Assembly: GCA_038243585.1 (NCBI GenBank)
Contig: JBBSQY010000010.1
Location: forward strand, 19,802-83,801
Origin: Candidatus Sumerlaeales bacterium
GTDB lineage: Bacteria; Sumerlaeota; Sumerlaeia; Sumerlaeales; Sumerlaeaceae
Direction of reading: 5' to 3'
Length of the DNA: 64,000 bases
Position numbers and translations under genes: made by a program. The notes below the pieces were generated by a model, which was given only the letters and a program-made list of their open reading frames with translations, searched no databases and was not told the origin of the DNA. Below, piece after piece: positions 1-8,718 of the stretch; position 1 is the first letter of the stretch; each line of letters opens with the position of its first letter.

Positions 1-515
1 CCGTGCGGAAGAATTTCCCCGAGGCGCATATCGCCTTGGTGCCCCGCCATCCAGAGCGGTTTCAGGAGGTTTGGACGCTGCTGAAAAATCGCGGCGTTTC
101 TGCTCGGCGCGTCTCGGACAACGCGACTTCCGGCGGAGCCGACCCTCACATCCACCTGATTGACTGCATGGGGGTGCTTACCAAGCTATACGGACTGGCG
201 GAAGTCGCCATTGTAGCGGGCAGCTTCGTTAATGGCATAGGAGGACATAACATTCTTGAACCAGCGGCTCACGGTGTGCCCGTCATCTACGGTCCCGATA
301 TGAAAGGCCAGCGCGATATGGCCCGCATCCTGTCACCCGACAATGGCGGGACGATTGCCACACCAGCCTCACTTGGCGCGGCAATAAATCATCTTCTTGG
401 AAATCCGTCAATAGCCCTGGAAAATGGAACACGCGGTCGAAACGCATACGAAGCGAATCGGGGCTCCGCATCTAGAAATATGAAAATTATAAACAAGTAT
501 TGCGAGGAAATTTAA
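1..515 (+). CDS. waaA: 3-deoxy-D-manno-octulosonic acid (Kdo) transferase, C-terminal part (5' truncated by window)
   Basis: Motifs LVPRHPERF, LYGLAEVAIVAGSF and GGHNILEPAAHGVPVIYGP are typical of WaaA/KdtA. Confidence 0.9.
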   Translation, partial: VRKNFPEAHIALVPRHPERFQEVWTLLKNRGVSARRVSDNATSGGADPHIHLIDCMGVLTKLYGLAEVAIVAGSFVNGIGGHNILEPAAHGVPVIYGPDMKGQRDMARILSPDNGGTIATPASLGAAINHLLGNPSIALENGTRGRNAYEANRGSASRNMKIINKYCEEI

Positions 516-516
516 C

Positions 517-858
517 ATGATAACCATACTTCGCATGGCGGGTCGCTTTTTTAAAACATGGTTTCTTTCATCGCCCGCCCATGACGCTTTTATAGCAGCC
601 TCGACCTCCACCATCAAGGAAGAACCATCAGTACCAGAAGGCGAGCCTGAATCCGTCCGATCGATTGCCGAGAACATTGATGATGATGCTACTATGGCCA
701 TAGACGAATCCACCGGTCAGGAACGTCGCCGCAACCGGGTGCCATCGGAGAGCCGGGCCATAGACTCATCTACCTTCAGCAATCTTGTAAAAGAACCGGA
801 AGCCGATAACGAACGCATGAGCCGCGTGCGAAAATTTGATGATGAAACCGGCGGGTAG
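517..858 (+). CDS. hypothetical protein, acidic and probably disordered
   Basis: 113-aa ORF starting 1 nt after the waaA stop; no recognisable motif. Confidence 0.55.
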   Translation: MITILRMAGRFFKTWFLSSPAHDAFIAASTSTIKEEPSVPEGEPESVRSIAENIDDDATMAIDESTGQERRRNRVPSESRAIDSSTFSNLVKEPEADNERMSRVRKFDDETGG

Positions 859-954
859 TAATGGTTGAGATGGCATTCGCAAAATAAGGACCGACTTTTC
901 GTCCTCTGAACAGATTCCGAGTTAAACAATACAAAACTATAAGAAATAGCTAAC

Positions 955-1170
955 AAAGCATCAGCAATTTAAGAGCCCTCAACAAGCTCGCGGAAGCGGG
1001 GTGAAAATCCCCCACGGCACACGCCGCTGTAACCGGTGACGATGTTCGCATAATAAAAATCCACTGGCCCATCAAGGCCGGGAAGGAAGCGAACAAAGGA
1101 CGACCCGGAAGTCAGAAGACGGAACTGCTCGATGCTCCCATATCAAAGGCTTCTCCGTGTGGAGAGAAGC
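955..1170 (+). ncRNA. cobalamin (B12) riboswitch with expression-platform hairpin
   Basis: GGAAGCGGGGTGAAAATCCCC (992-1012), GCCGCTGTAA (1023-1032), CCACTG (1061-1066), GGGAAGG (1080-1086) and B12-box-like GAAGTCAGAAGAC (1108-1120). P1 is AGCATCAGCA/TGCTCGATGCT. Hairpin GCTTCTC/GAGAAGC (1149-1170) precedes the ATG at 1185. Confidence 0.92.
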
Positions 1171-1184
1171 GAAGGGTTCAAAAG

Positions 1185-2000
1185 ATGAAACGTAGCATTT
1201 TGCAGACGATTTCTTTAAAGAATTCGTTTGGTCGCGTTGCTATGGCTGCGGCATTCAATATTACAATTTTCGCCGCGGTCGCCCAGACATTTCCGGACTC
1301 CGTGAAGGCTTTCGTACCGGGAGCCAATTCCGGACACGGACAAGCCTTTTATCCGGCGAACGTACTTGGTCCGCCACGCGGCACATCGAATCCCCAGGTT
1401 CCAACCTTTTCCCAAGCTGACCTGCTTTCCCTCGGCACGGGTGGTGCCATTACGCTGGAGTTTTCCAGCAGCCGCATAATTGATAAACCCGGTCCCGATT
1501 TTACGGTATTTGAAAACCCGGTGCAACCCTCTGGGCACCCGGAGCAGACCTATGCCGACACCGCCATTGTAGCGGTTTCAGATGATGGCATTGCATGGCA
1601 CACCTTCCCTTTTGACATGGTCAGTTCTGCTCCAAACAAGATAGCACTAAAAAGCAATTACGTTGGCTTCGCCGGAGTGCAACCGAGTCTCAGTTCACCA
1701 GAAAACGGCGTTTCACCTTTTGATCCGGCAGTAAGCGGCGGCGACCAGTTCGATCTGGCTGATTTAGGTCTGCCCCACGTTCGTTTTATCCGGATTACCG
1801 ATTCGGGCGATGCTCGTCATTTACCCGCTTTTGATTTGCATGGTGACATCGTATATGACTACGGCAACGTTCTTGATCCCGACCCAACAGAACCTGAAAA
1901 TGGAATAGCCGCAGGGTTTGATCTTGATGCCGTCGCCGGGATAAACACAGAGCCGTGGTCGCCTAACTCCGGGGTCCCGCACTGGTTTTTGTATGACTAG
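1185..2000 (+). CDS. secreted cell-surface protein, putative cobalamin-binding; C-terminal SGVPHWFLYD tail
   Basis: Signal-peptide-like N-terminus (..FAAVAQ; start may be 1242). Motifs SLGTGGAITLEF, PGPDFTVFENP, GGDQFDLADLGL and GFDLDAV. First gene after the B12 riboswitch. Confidence 0.7.
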   Translation: MKRSILQTISLKNSFGRVAMAAAFNITIFAAVAQTFPDSVKAFVPGANSGHGQAFYPANVLGPPRGTSNPQVPTFSQADLLSLGTGGAITLEFSSSRIIDKPGPDFTVFENPVQPSGHPEQTYADTAIVAVSDDGIAWHTFPFDMVSSAPNKIALKSNYVGFAGVQPSLSSPENGVSPFDPAVSGGDQFDLADLGLPHVRFIRITDSGDARHLPAFDLHGDIVYDYGNVLDPDPTEPENGIAAGFDLDAVAGINTEPWSPNSGVPHWFLYD

Positions 2001-2643
2001 GGCGCCCAGTTATATACGCGCTTTTACCCTCATTGAGCTTCTCATTGTTGTCGCAATTATTGCCGTACTCGCCGTGATTGCAGTGCCTAACTTTTTAATG
2101 GCGCAGCGCCGCGCAAATCAGGCGCGCTGCGCTACGAATCTAAAAGCCATCGCAGTGGCCCTTCAGACCTATAAAGTCGACATGAACAAATATCCACTCG
2201 CCGACGGAATCGCAGGCGAGGAGGAAAGCATGGCTGAGACCTTAATCGGAATGGGCCCAGCAGCCAACGGAAGCTGGGACGGTGTGCCGCGCATCCTGGT
2301 GCGTCTCGGTTACCTTGGATCTTCGACATACCTGTTTTGCCCTGAGTTCCGCAATCGCTTTCGCGGCGATCGGATGCAAAAATTTCGCTATGCTTACAAC
2401 AACAGCGCCGCCGACACCGGTGGAACAACCGGCGGAACCCATGACGTGGATCGCGACTCCGGTGACATTTGGTTCTGTCGATGCCTGTGGGTACCGGTAA
2501 AATATAGCTTCAAACCCGGCAGCAAAGACGTAAGTTTTCCCCACGGAGAGGACCGCACTTTGGAAAACGTTCTCTATTCCGACAGCCGAGTAACTCCCCG
2601 AGACGGACTTGACGACTACGAACAAGCCTATAATTTAAATTAA
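1993..2643 (+). CDS. prepilin-type N-terminal cleavage/methylation protein (pilin/pseudopilin-like)
   Basis: RA|FTLIELLIVVAIIAVLAVIAVPNF class III signal with Glu at +5. Internal FCPE and C-terminal HG..NVLYSDSRV resemble H-X9-DG-type pilins. Overlaps the upstream gene by 8 nt. Confidence 0.9.
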   Translation: MTRAPSYIRAFTLIELLIVVAIIAVLAVIAVPNFLMAQRRANQARCATNLKAIAVALQTYKVDMNKYPLADGIAGEEESMAETLIGMGPAANGSWDGVPRILVRLGYLGSSTYLFCPEFRNRFRGDRMQKFRYAYNNSAADTGGTTGGTHDVDRDSGDIWFCRCLWVPVKYSFKPGSKDVSFPHGEDRTLENVLYSDSRVTPRDGLDDYEQAYNLN

Positions 2644-2771
2644 AATGCGACCGAGACAAATCACTGAACTGGCATAAAACCGTTTACTTTCCAGCCCATC
2701 ATATGAAAACAGATTCAATCACTTAAACAGCAGCCGCTATCCTAATCCCAAACCGAACAAGGATACTAACC

Positions 2772-5700
2772 ATGTCGCGTCCTTCGAATCTCCAGCAATC
2801 ACGAACTTTTCCAGGATTGTTAACCGTTTCTGTTCTCACTATTGCGATTTGCTTGTCGGCGATTGGGCGCACCACAATGGCCGCCACCACCGCAGTTAAT
2901 CTTCGCTGCGAGTTGCGCGAGAACCCCGTCGGCGTTGACAGTCTTAGCCCGCGTCTTAACTGGCAAATCGCTTCCAACCTCGCCGACAATCCCGCCGGCC
3001 AATCCGCCTATCAGATTCTCGTCGCCACCAGGCAGGAGCTCCTCGCTCCTGAAAAGGCCGACCTTTGGGATAGCCAACGCCTAGAATCCAGCAGTACGCT
3101 TCAGATCCCTTACGAAGGCAAGCCGCTCAAGTCCAATCAGCAGGTTTGGTGGACGGTGCGCACATGGGACATTGACGACGCGCCATCACCGTGGGCAGCG
3201 CCTGCCCAATGGACAATGGGACTTCTCTCTCCCTCGGACTGGCAAGGCCAATGGATCGGCACTACACCCGCAGGTGGTGAAACAAAGCGGCCGATAGAAC
3301 AGGCTATGTGGATATGGTCGTCTGAAGCCCAGGATGCTTTGGATGAAGGAACCACCGCTGGTAAGCCCGCCTCAAGTGCCGTACGATATTTCAGGCTGCA
3401 ATTTACGCCGCCTGCCAACGCAGATGTGGCAAAGGCCCGCATTTACATGGTCGCCGACAACAAGTCACAAATTTACCTTAATGGGCAACATCTCGGCAAT
3501 CACGACGACTGGAGTGTGTTGAAAACACTGGAGACGGGAAATCTCATAAAGGCCGGCGCTCCGAATTGGCTGAGCATCAAGGTAAGCAACTCCGGCTCAA
3601 CAGCCAACTCCGCCGGGCTTGCCGCTGTCGTCCAAATCCCTGTAGCCGATGGAAGTATCTTCAGCGAGTTTACCAACGACAAATGGGAAACCAGCCGCGC
3701 GCCCGACTCTGAAGGCTGGCCGGCGGCCCTGGCAAATGAAACTACAGAGACCGCACAGTGGGCACCAGCACGCATCCTCGGCAAATGGGGCATGGTGCCC
3801 TGGCACAAAGTGCGCAGCGGAACTCACCCGATCCTGCCGATCCTGCGTAAAGAATTTGCACTTGATAGACCCATCCGCCGGGCTCTTACCCACGTCTCAG
3901 GCCTGGGCCATTATGTACTTTCCATCAACGGCAAAAAAGTTGGCGACCATTTTCTCGATCCGGCATGGTCGCAATACAAAAAAACCGTCTACTACAACAC
4001 ATTCGACGTAACGCCTTTCTTGAAGAATGATCTGAACGCCCTAGGAATCATGCTTGGCAAAGGGTTTTACAGCACGGCCGGAGATAGGCGAATCCATGGT
4101 TCATTTTCCGACCGCCCGCTTGCCCTCATGCTCCAGACAGACATTGAATTTGAAGACGGGACAACAACCAGGGTCGTCACAGACTCGTCCTGGAAATGGA
4201 CCAGCGGCCCCCTCACCCATAACAGCATCCTCGGCGGGTCGGACTACGACGCCAGACTGAATCCAGAAGGTTGGGACAAGCCCGGCTTCGATGATTCCCA
4301 TTGGCAATCGGCATTCAAAACGACCAACCCGGGAGGTGTCCTTAAAGCCGCGTTCGCTCCACCCATGCGACAATTCGAGAATTTCAAACCGGTCAGCATT
4401 GAAGAGCCTGAGCCGGGAAATTTCGTGTATGACTTCGGCCAGAATGCAAGTGCATCTCCCCGCTTGAAGATTATAGGCCCGGCTGGTTCGACCATTAAAC
4501 TGACCTGGGCCGAGCAGCGGAAGGGACAGGATCCCAATTCAAATAACGGGAAAGGTGTCGTCGATCAATCCGGCATCGGGCACGGTTACGTAACCTACAC
4601 CCTAAGGGGCGACAACCAGGAAGAGGAATGGTTCAGCGAACTCTTCTATACCGGATATCAGTATCTCGGACTAACTGGCGGCGTGCCTGCAGGCTATCCA
4701 AACCCTGATGGAAAACCTGTTGTGACAGAACTTACTTCTGTTCATGTCCGCACAGATCAGCCGATAGTCGGCGCCTTCGCCACATCTAATCAAATGTATA
4801 ACCGCATTGATCAGATGGTGGATTGGGCCGTCCGCAGCAATCTCGGCCACGTGTTTACCGATTGCCCCACTCGCGAAAAACTGGGTTGGCTAGAAGTGCC
4901 GTGGCTCATGTGGGCATCCGTGGCGAGCCGCTACGACATTGGCGGTTACGGAGAGAAGATCGCCGGCGACATCCGCGACAGCCAGCTGACAAATGGTCAG
5001 ATCCTTACAGTCGCGCCCAGCTATCCGGAATTCGGTGGCGGCTTCCACTATACACCAGAATGGGGTGCCGCGGGCGTTTTCGTTCCTTGGGATTTGTACG
5101 AATGGTACAATGACCGCCGAGCGCTGGAACAGAATTACGAGATGATGCGTGGCTTTGTGGATTATATGGCCGCAACATCCGACAATCTCATTGCCGCTCC
5201 CGGCCTGGGCGACTGGTATGACTACATACCGGGCGAGCAACCTGGCGCGGCAAAGTACACGCCACCAGAGCTTAGCGCCACCGCAGTTTTCGCCGGATGC
5301 GCGGATATCGTATCCAGTTCCGCCGCTATACTTAAAAATCCTGCCGATCAGCAGAAATACGCAAAGCTAGCGTCTGAAATCAGGACGGCGTTCAACAAAA
5401 AGTTCCGGCAGGGTCCCGGTCAATATGCAAACAATGGCAGCCCGCAAACCGGTCATGCGATGGCGCTGGTATTTGACATCGTACCCCATGCGGAACGCGC
5501 TGCCGCGGCGCAGGCAATAGTCGATGACCTGGAAAAGCGAAACTGGCAGCAAACCTCCGGAGACGTTGGCTACCGCTTCTTACTTAACGCTCTCGCCCAA
5601 ACAGGCCATTCCGACGCGATCTTTAAAATACTTAACCGCGACGAACTAGGCAGTTACGCCTACCTGGTCAACTCCGGATGGACATCTCTGCCGGAAGCGT

Positions 5701-6110
5701 GGAATGCGAATCCCACCAGCAGCATGAACCACTGTATGCTCGGCCACATCCAGGAATGGTTCAGCCAGCACCTCGTCGGGATCGCGCCAGCACCGGGAAG
5801 TGTCGGATTTGACACCATCGCAATCCAGCCCACTCCCGGCGAAGGAGTCACATCTGCCACCGGCACATTAGATTCTCCGCGCGGTAAGATTACCGTCAAC
5901 TGGGAACAAAAAGACGGCTATTTTACCTGCGACGTCACTATCCCGCCGAACTCAACGGGTCTTATTCGCCTGCCTGTGCCTACCGATGCAATCATAACTG
6001 AAGCAGGAAAACCCATAGAAGAAAACAAAAGCATCATACGCCTGTCCCGTGACGGGTACAGGGAAGTCTTTCGCGTTCCCAGCGGCAGATACCAGTTCAT
6101 TGCAAAGTAA
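2772..6110 (+). CDS. alpha-L-rhamnosidase, glycoside hydrolase family 78, secreted
   Basis: LRCE..NPVGVD..PRLNW, DFGQN, TDCPTREKLGW, GLGDW, SMNHCMLG; N-terminal signal peptide. Confidence 0.92.
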   Translation: MSRPSNLQQSRTFPGLLTVSVLTIAICLSAIGRTTMAATTAVNLRCELRENPVGVDSLSPRLNWQIASNLADNPAGQSAYQILVATRQELLAPEKADLWDSQRLESSSTLQIPYEGKPLKSNQQVWWTVRTWDIDDAPSPWAAPAQWTMGLLSPSDWQGQWIGTTPAGGETKRPIEQAMWIWSSEAQDALDEGTTAGKPASSAVRYFRLQFTPPANADVAKARIYMVADNKSQIYLNGQHLGNHDDWSVLKTLETGNLIKAGAPNWLSIKVSNSGSTANSAGLAAVVQIPVADGSIFSEFTNDKWETSRAPDSEGWPAALANETTETAQWAPARILGKWGMVPWHKVRSGTHPILPILRKEFALDRPIRRALTHVSGLGHYVLSINGKKVGDHFLDPAWSQYKKTVYYNTFDVTPFLKNDLNALGIMLGKGFYSTAGDRRIHGSFSDRPLALMLQTDIEFEDGTTTRVVTDSSWKWTSGPLTHNSILGGSDYDARLNPEGWDKPGFDDSHWQSAFKTTNPGGVLKAAFAPPMRQFENFKPVSIEEPEPGNFVYDFGQNASASPRLKIIGPAGSTIKLTWAEQRKGQDPNSNNGKGVVDQSGIGHGYVTYTLRGDNQEEEWFSELFYTGYQYLGLTGGVPAGYPNPDGKPVVTELTSVHVRTDQPIVGAFATSNQMYNRIDQMVDWAVRSNLGHVFTDCPTREKLGWLEVPWLMWASVASRYDIGGYGEKIAGDIRDSQLTNGQILTVAPSYPEFGGGFHYTPEWGAAGVFVPWDLYEWYNDRRALEQNYEMMRGFVDYMAATSDNLIAAPGLGDWYDYIPGEQPGAAKYTPPELSATAVFAGCADIVSSSAAILKNPADQQKYAKLASEIRTAFNKKFRQGPGQYANNGSPQTGHAMALVFDIVPHAERAAAAQAIVDDLEKRNWQQTSGDVGYRFLLNALAQTGHSDAIFKILNRDELGSYAYLVNSGWTSLPEAWNANPTSSMNHCMLGHIQEWFSQHLVGIAPAPGSVGFDTIAIQPTPGEGVTSATGTLDSPRGKITVNWEQKDGYFTCDVTIPPNSTGLIRLPVPTDAIITEAGKPIEENKSIIRLSRDGYREVFRVPSGRYQFIAK

Positions 6111-6133
6111 AATTGGATTGCCATTTAAAATCA

Positions 6134-6173
6134 GAAGCCCAGGATAAACTCGTCCTGGGCTTCCTTATATTTT
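6134..6173 (+). terminator. intrinsic terminator-like hairpin between convergent GH78 and AhpD-like genes
   Basis: GAAGCCCAGGA/TCCTGGGCTTC 11-bp stem followed by a T-rich run. Confidence 0.7.
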
Positions 6174-6199
6174 GCTTCGTTAAAATAATTGGAGACGCA

Positions 6200-6222
6200 C
6201 ACAGGCGGGACGCCTATGCTAC
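6200..6222 (-). repeat. GTAG-type REP-like palindrome
   Basis: Minus strand reads GTAGCATAGGCGTCCCGCCTGTG: a GTAG tetramer plus imperfect palindrome CATAGGCG-TCC-CGCCTGTG, in an intergenic position. Confidence 0.6.
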
Positions 6223-6229
6223 TTCATAT

Positions 6230-6688
6230 TTACTTTTTCGAGTTCTTTATGCTTTCCGGCTCAGCGTCTGTTGCTACCATTAACCGGTTCCAGGTATTGA
6301 TCAACGTCACTGCCATCATGGCTTTCGCAAAGTCCTCTTCGCCAAGATGTTCCAGAACATCGTCGTAGATTTCATCGGGAACGCCTTCTTCAGAAATAAG
6401 GGTCATAGCGTCCGTAAGCGCTAAAACAGCCTTTTCCTTCTCTGTAAAAAACGGAGAGTCATGCCACGCCGTCAAGGTCATCAGGCGTTGATCGCTAAAG
6501 TTCAATTTACGAGCGTCTCCCACGTGCATGTCCAGGCAATAAACGCACCCGTTAAGTTGCGATGCACGCAGTTTTATAAGCTCCTGCAACGTCTTGTCCA
6601 GCCCGCTGTCATTTATAAACTTGCCCAACACTGTCAATGCTTTGTAGCCTTCCGGCAGAACCTCTTTAAACGATACGCGATGTTGCAT
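6230..6688 (-). CDS. carboxymuconolactone decarboxylase / AhpD-like family protein
   Basis: ELIKLRASQLNGCVYCLDMH (CxxC) and INTWNRL. Confidence 0.9.
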   Translation of the reverse strand: MQHRVSFKEVLPEGYKALTVLGKFINDSGLDKTLQELIKLRASQLNGCVYCLDMHVGDARKLNFSDQRLMTLTAWHDSPFFTEKEKAVLALTDAMTLISEEGVPDEIYDDVLEHLGEEDFAKAMMAVTLINTWNRLMVATDAEPESIKNSKK

Positions 6689-6919
6689 GGAATATGGCTC
6701 CTTAGTTTAGAAATCTTTATACAGATGCTAGCTGATTGGCTGCGGTAAAATTCCCATCATGGGGGTCGTGAGAAATCGCTACTGTTGTGAATCAGGAAAA
6801 GGTAAAATAGATCCGCTTTTTTTACATTATCACCTTCTCAGCGTTCTCGCAACAAATCCCACCGCTCGTTGTAGCCAAGGGAAACCCAGTAAAAAACACG
6901 AAAATCCACAGGAACTTCC

Positions 6920-8593
6920 ATGCCAGAATTCGTCTACAGCATTCACCGTCTCAACAAAAGCTACGGCCAGAAACAGATACTTAAAAACATCAATCTCTCC
7001 TTCTATCCCGGTGCGAAGATCGGCATCGTCGGCGATAACGGATCCGGGAAATCGACTCTGCTACGCATCATGGCAGGTACAGACAAAGACTTCGACGGCA
7101 CTGCTGAACCCATGAAGAACATTCGCGTGGGTTACGTACCCCAGGAACCCCGTCTGGACGAAACGAAAAATGTCCGCGAGAACCTGGAAATGGCTTTCGC
7201 TGAAACGGTTCGCCTGCTCAAAGAGTATGAAGAGATTGCCAACAGCATGGGCGAACTCGAAGGCGACGCCATGGACAAGGCGCTGGATAAAATGGCCACC
7301 ATGCAGGACAAGATTGAAGCGGTGGACGGCTGGAACCTCGACCAGAAGCTTGCCGTCGCCAGCAACGCCCTCGTGCTGCCTCCCGACGAAATGGACGTAA
7401 CGAAGCTCTCTGGCGGAGAGCGCCGCCGAATCGCCCTGGCGAAAGTTTTGCTTGAACAGCCGGACGTTCTTCTGCTGGACGAACCTACTAACCATCTGGA
7501 CGCGGAAACCATCGGCTGGCTTGAGCAGCAGCTCAAGGAATATGCCGGAACGGTCATCATTGTTACTCATGATCGTTACTTCCTCGACAACATTACCAAA
7601 TGGATTCTTGAACTGGACGCCGGATCCGGCATTCCGTTCGAGGGCAACTATTCCTCCTGGATCGAGCAGAAACTTGAACGGCTCACTCAGCAGGAAAAGA
7701 AAGCGTCTCCCCGCCGCAAGTCGCTGGAAAGCGAACTTAAGTGGATACGCATGAACACCGCTGAACACCAGGAACTCAGCCGCAACCGACTCTCGGATTT
7801 TGAGCGCCTCGTTGCCAAGGAACGTGCAGAGGGCGACGGTGAAGAATCCGGCTTCCGCATTGCTCCCGCCGAGCACCTGGGCGATCAGACCATCGAAGCG
7901 GACAAAGTCACCAAAGGCTATAACGATGTTGATCTCATTAAAGATCTGACATTTAATCTGCCCAAGGGTGCGGTCGTTGGAATCATCGGCCCCAACGGCA
8001 CCGGCAAGACGACCCTGTTCCGCATGATTACAGGTCAGGAACAGCCCGACAGCGGTGCTGTCACCGTCGGAAGCACCGTTCATCTGGCCCACGTCGATCA
8101 GCATCGCGACAGCCTCAACGGCGACAAATCCGTATACGACGAAATCAGCGAAGGTAAAGACGACATTGACTTCGGCAAGCGCACCATCCCCGCCCGCAGC
8201 TACGTGTCGCAGTTCAACTTTAAGGGTGGCGATCAGCAGAAGCTGGTTAAGAATCTGTCCGGCGGTGAACGCAACCGCGTCCATCTGGCCAAGCTTTTAA
8301 AGAGCGGCGGCAACGTAATCCTTCTCGATGAGCCCAGCAACGACCTGGACGTTAACTCCTTGCGAATGCTGGAAGACGCCATTTCCGGCTTTAGCGGCTG
8401 CGTCATGGTCATCAGCCATGATCGTTTCTTCCTGAACCGCGTCTGCACCCACACGCTGGCTTTCGAAGGCGAAGCAAACGTCCGCTGGTTTGACGGCAAC
8501 TACGAACAATACGAAGCATGGCGGAAGAAAGAATTCGGCGACGAAACCGGAAACCGGAGAGCCCGATACCGGAAGCTGCCTCGGGCGATCTAA
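6920..8593 (+). CDS. ettA: ABC-F energy-dependent translational throttle protein EttA
   Basis: LSFYPGAKIG, two Walker A motifs (GDNGSGKS, GPNGTGKT), LSGGERNRVHLAK, PFEGNYSSW; 557 aa. Confidence 0.92.
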   Translation: MPEFVYSIHRLNKSYGQKQILKNINLSFYPGAKIGIVGDNGSGKSTLLRIMAGTDKDFDGTAEPMKNIRVGYVPQEPRLDETKNVRENLEMAFAETVRLLKEYEEIANSMGELEGDAMDKALDKMATMQDKIEAVDGWNLDQKLAVASNALVLPPDEMDVTKLSGGERRRIALAKVLLEQPDVLLLDEPTNHLDAETIGWLEQQLKEYAGTVIIVTHDRYFLDNITKWILELDAGSGIPFEGNYSSWIEQKLERLTQQEKKASPRRKSLESELKWIRMNTAEHQELSRNRLSDFERLVAKERAEGDGEESGFRIAPAEHLGDQTIEADKVTKGYNDVDLIKDLTFNLPKGAVVGIIGPNGTGKTTLFRMITGQEQPDSGAVTVGSTVHLAHVDQHRDSLNGDKSVYDEISEGKDDIDFGKRTIPARSYVSQFNFKGGDQQKLVKNLSGGERNRVHLAKLLKSGGNVILLDEPSNDLDVNSLRMLEDAISGFSGCVMVISHDRFFLNRVCTHTLAFEGEANVRWFDGNYEQYEAWRKKEFGDETGNRRARYRKLPRAI

Positions 8594-8607
8594 ATACTAA
8601 AGCAATT

Positions 8608-8706
8608 TTAACGCAGAGACGCAGAGAATGGGAGGACGCAGAGAGCAGGTCGTGTAATCTCTGGTCCTCACTTTCAACCCTCTGCGTCTCCGCGACTCTG
8701 CGTTAA
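8608..8706. repeat. ~100-bp intergenic inverted-repeat element built from ACGCAGAG units
   Basis: TTAACGCAGAG-ACGCAGAG..ACGCAGAG on the left mirrors CTCTGCGT..CTCTGCGTTAA on the right. Confidence 0.75.
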
Positions 8707-8718
8707 GGTTTTTAAACG

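Noticed and set aside
7061..8284. 407-aa minus-strand ORF
   Set aside because: Antisense shadow of ettA with no protein motifs
8608..8706. CRISPR array
   Set aside because: Units are 8-9 nt and inverted, with no spacers and no cas genes
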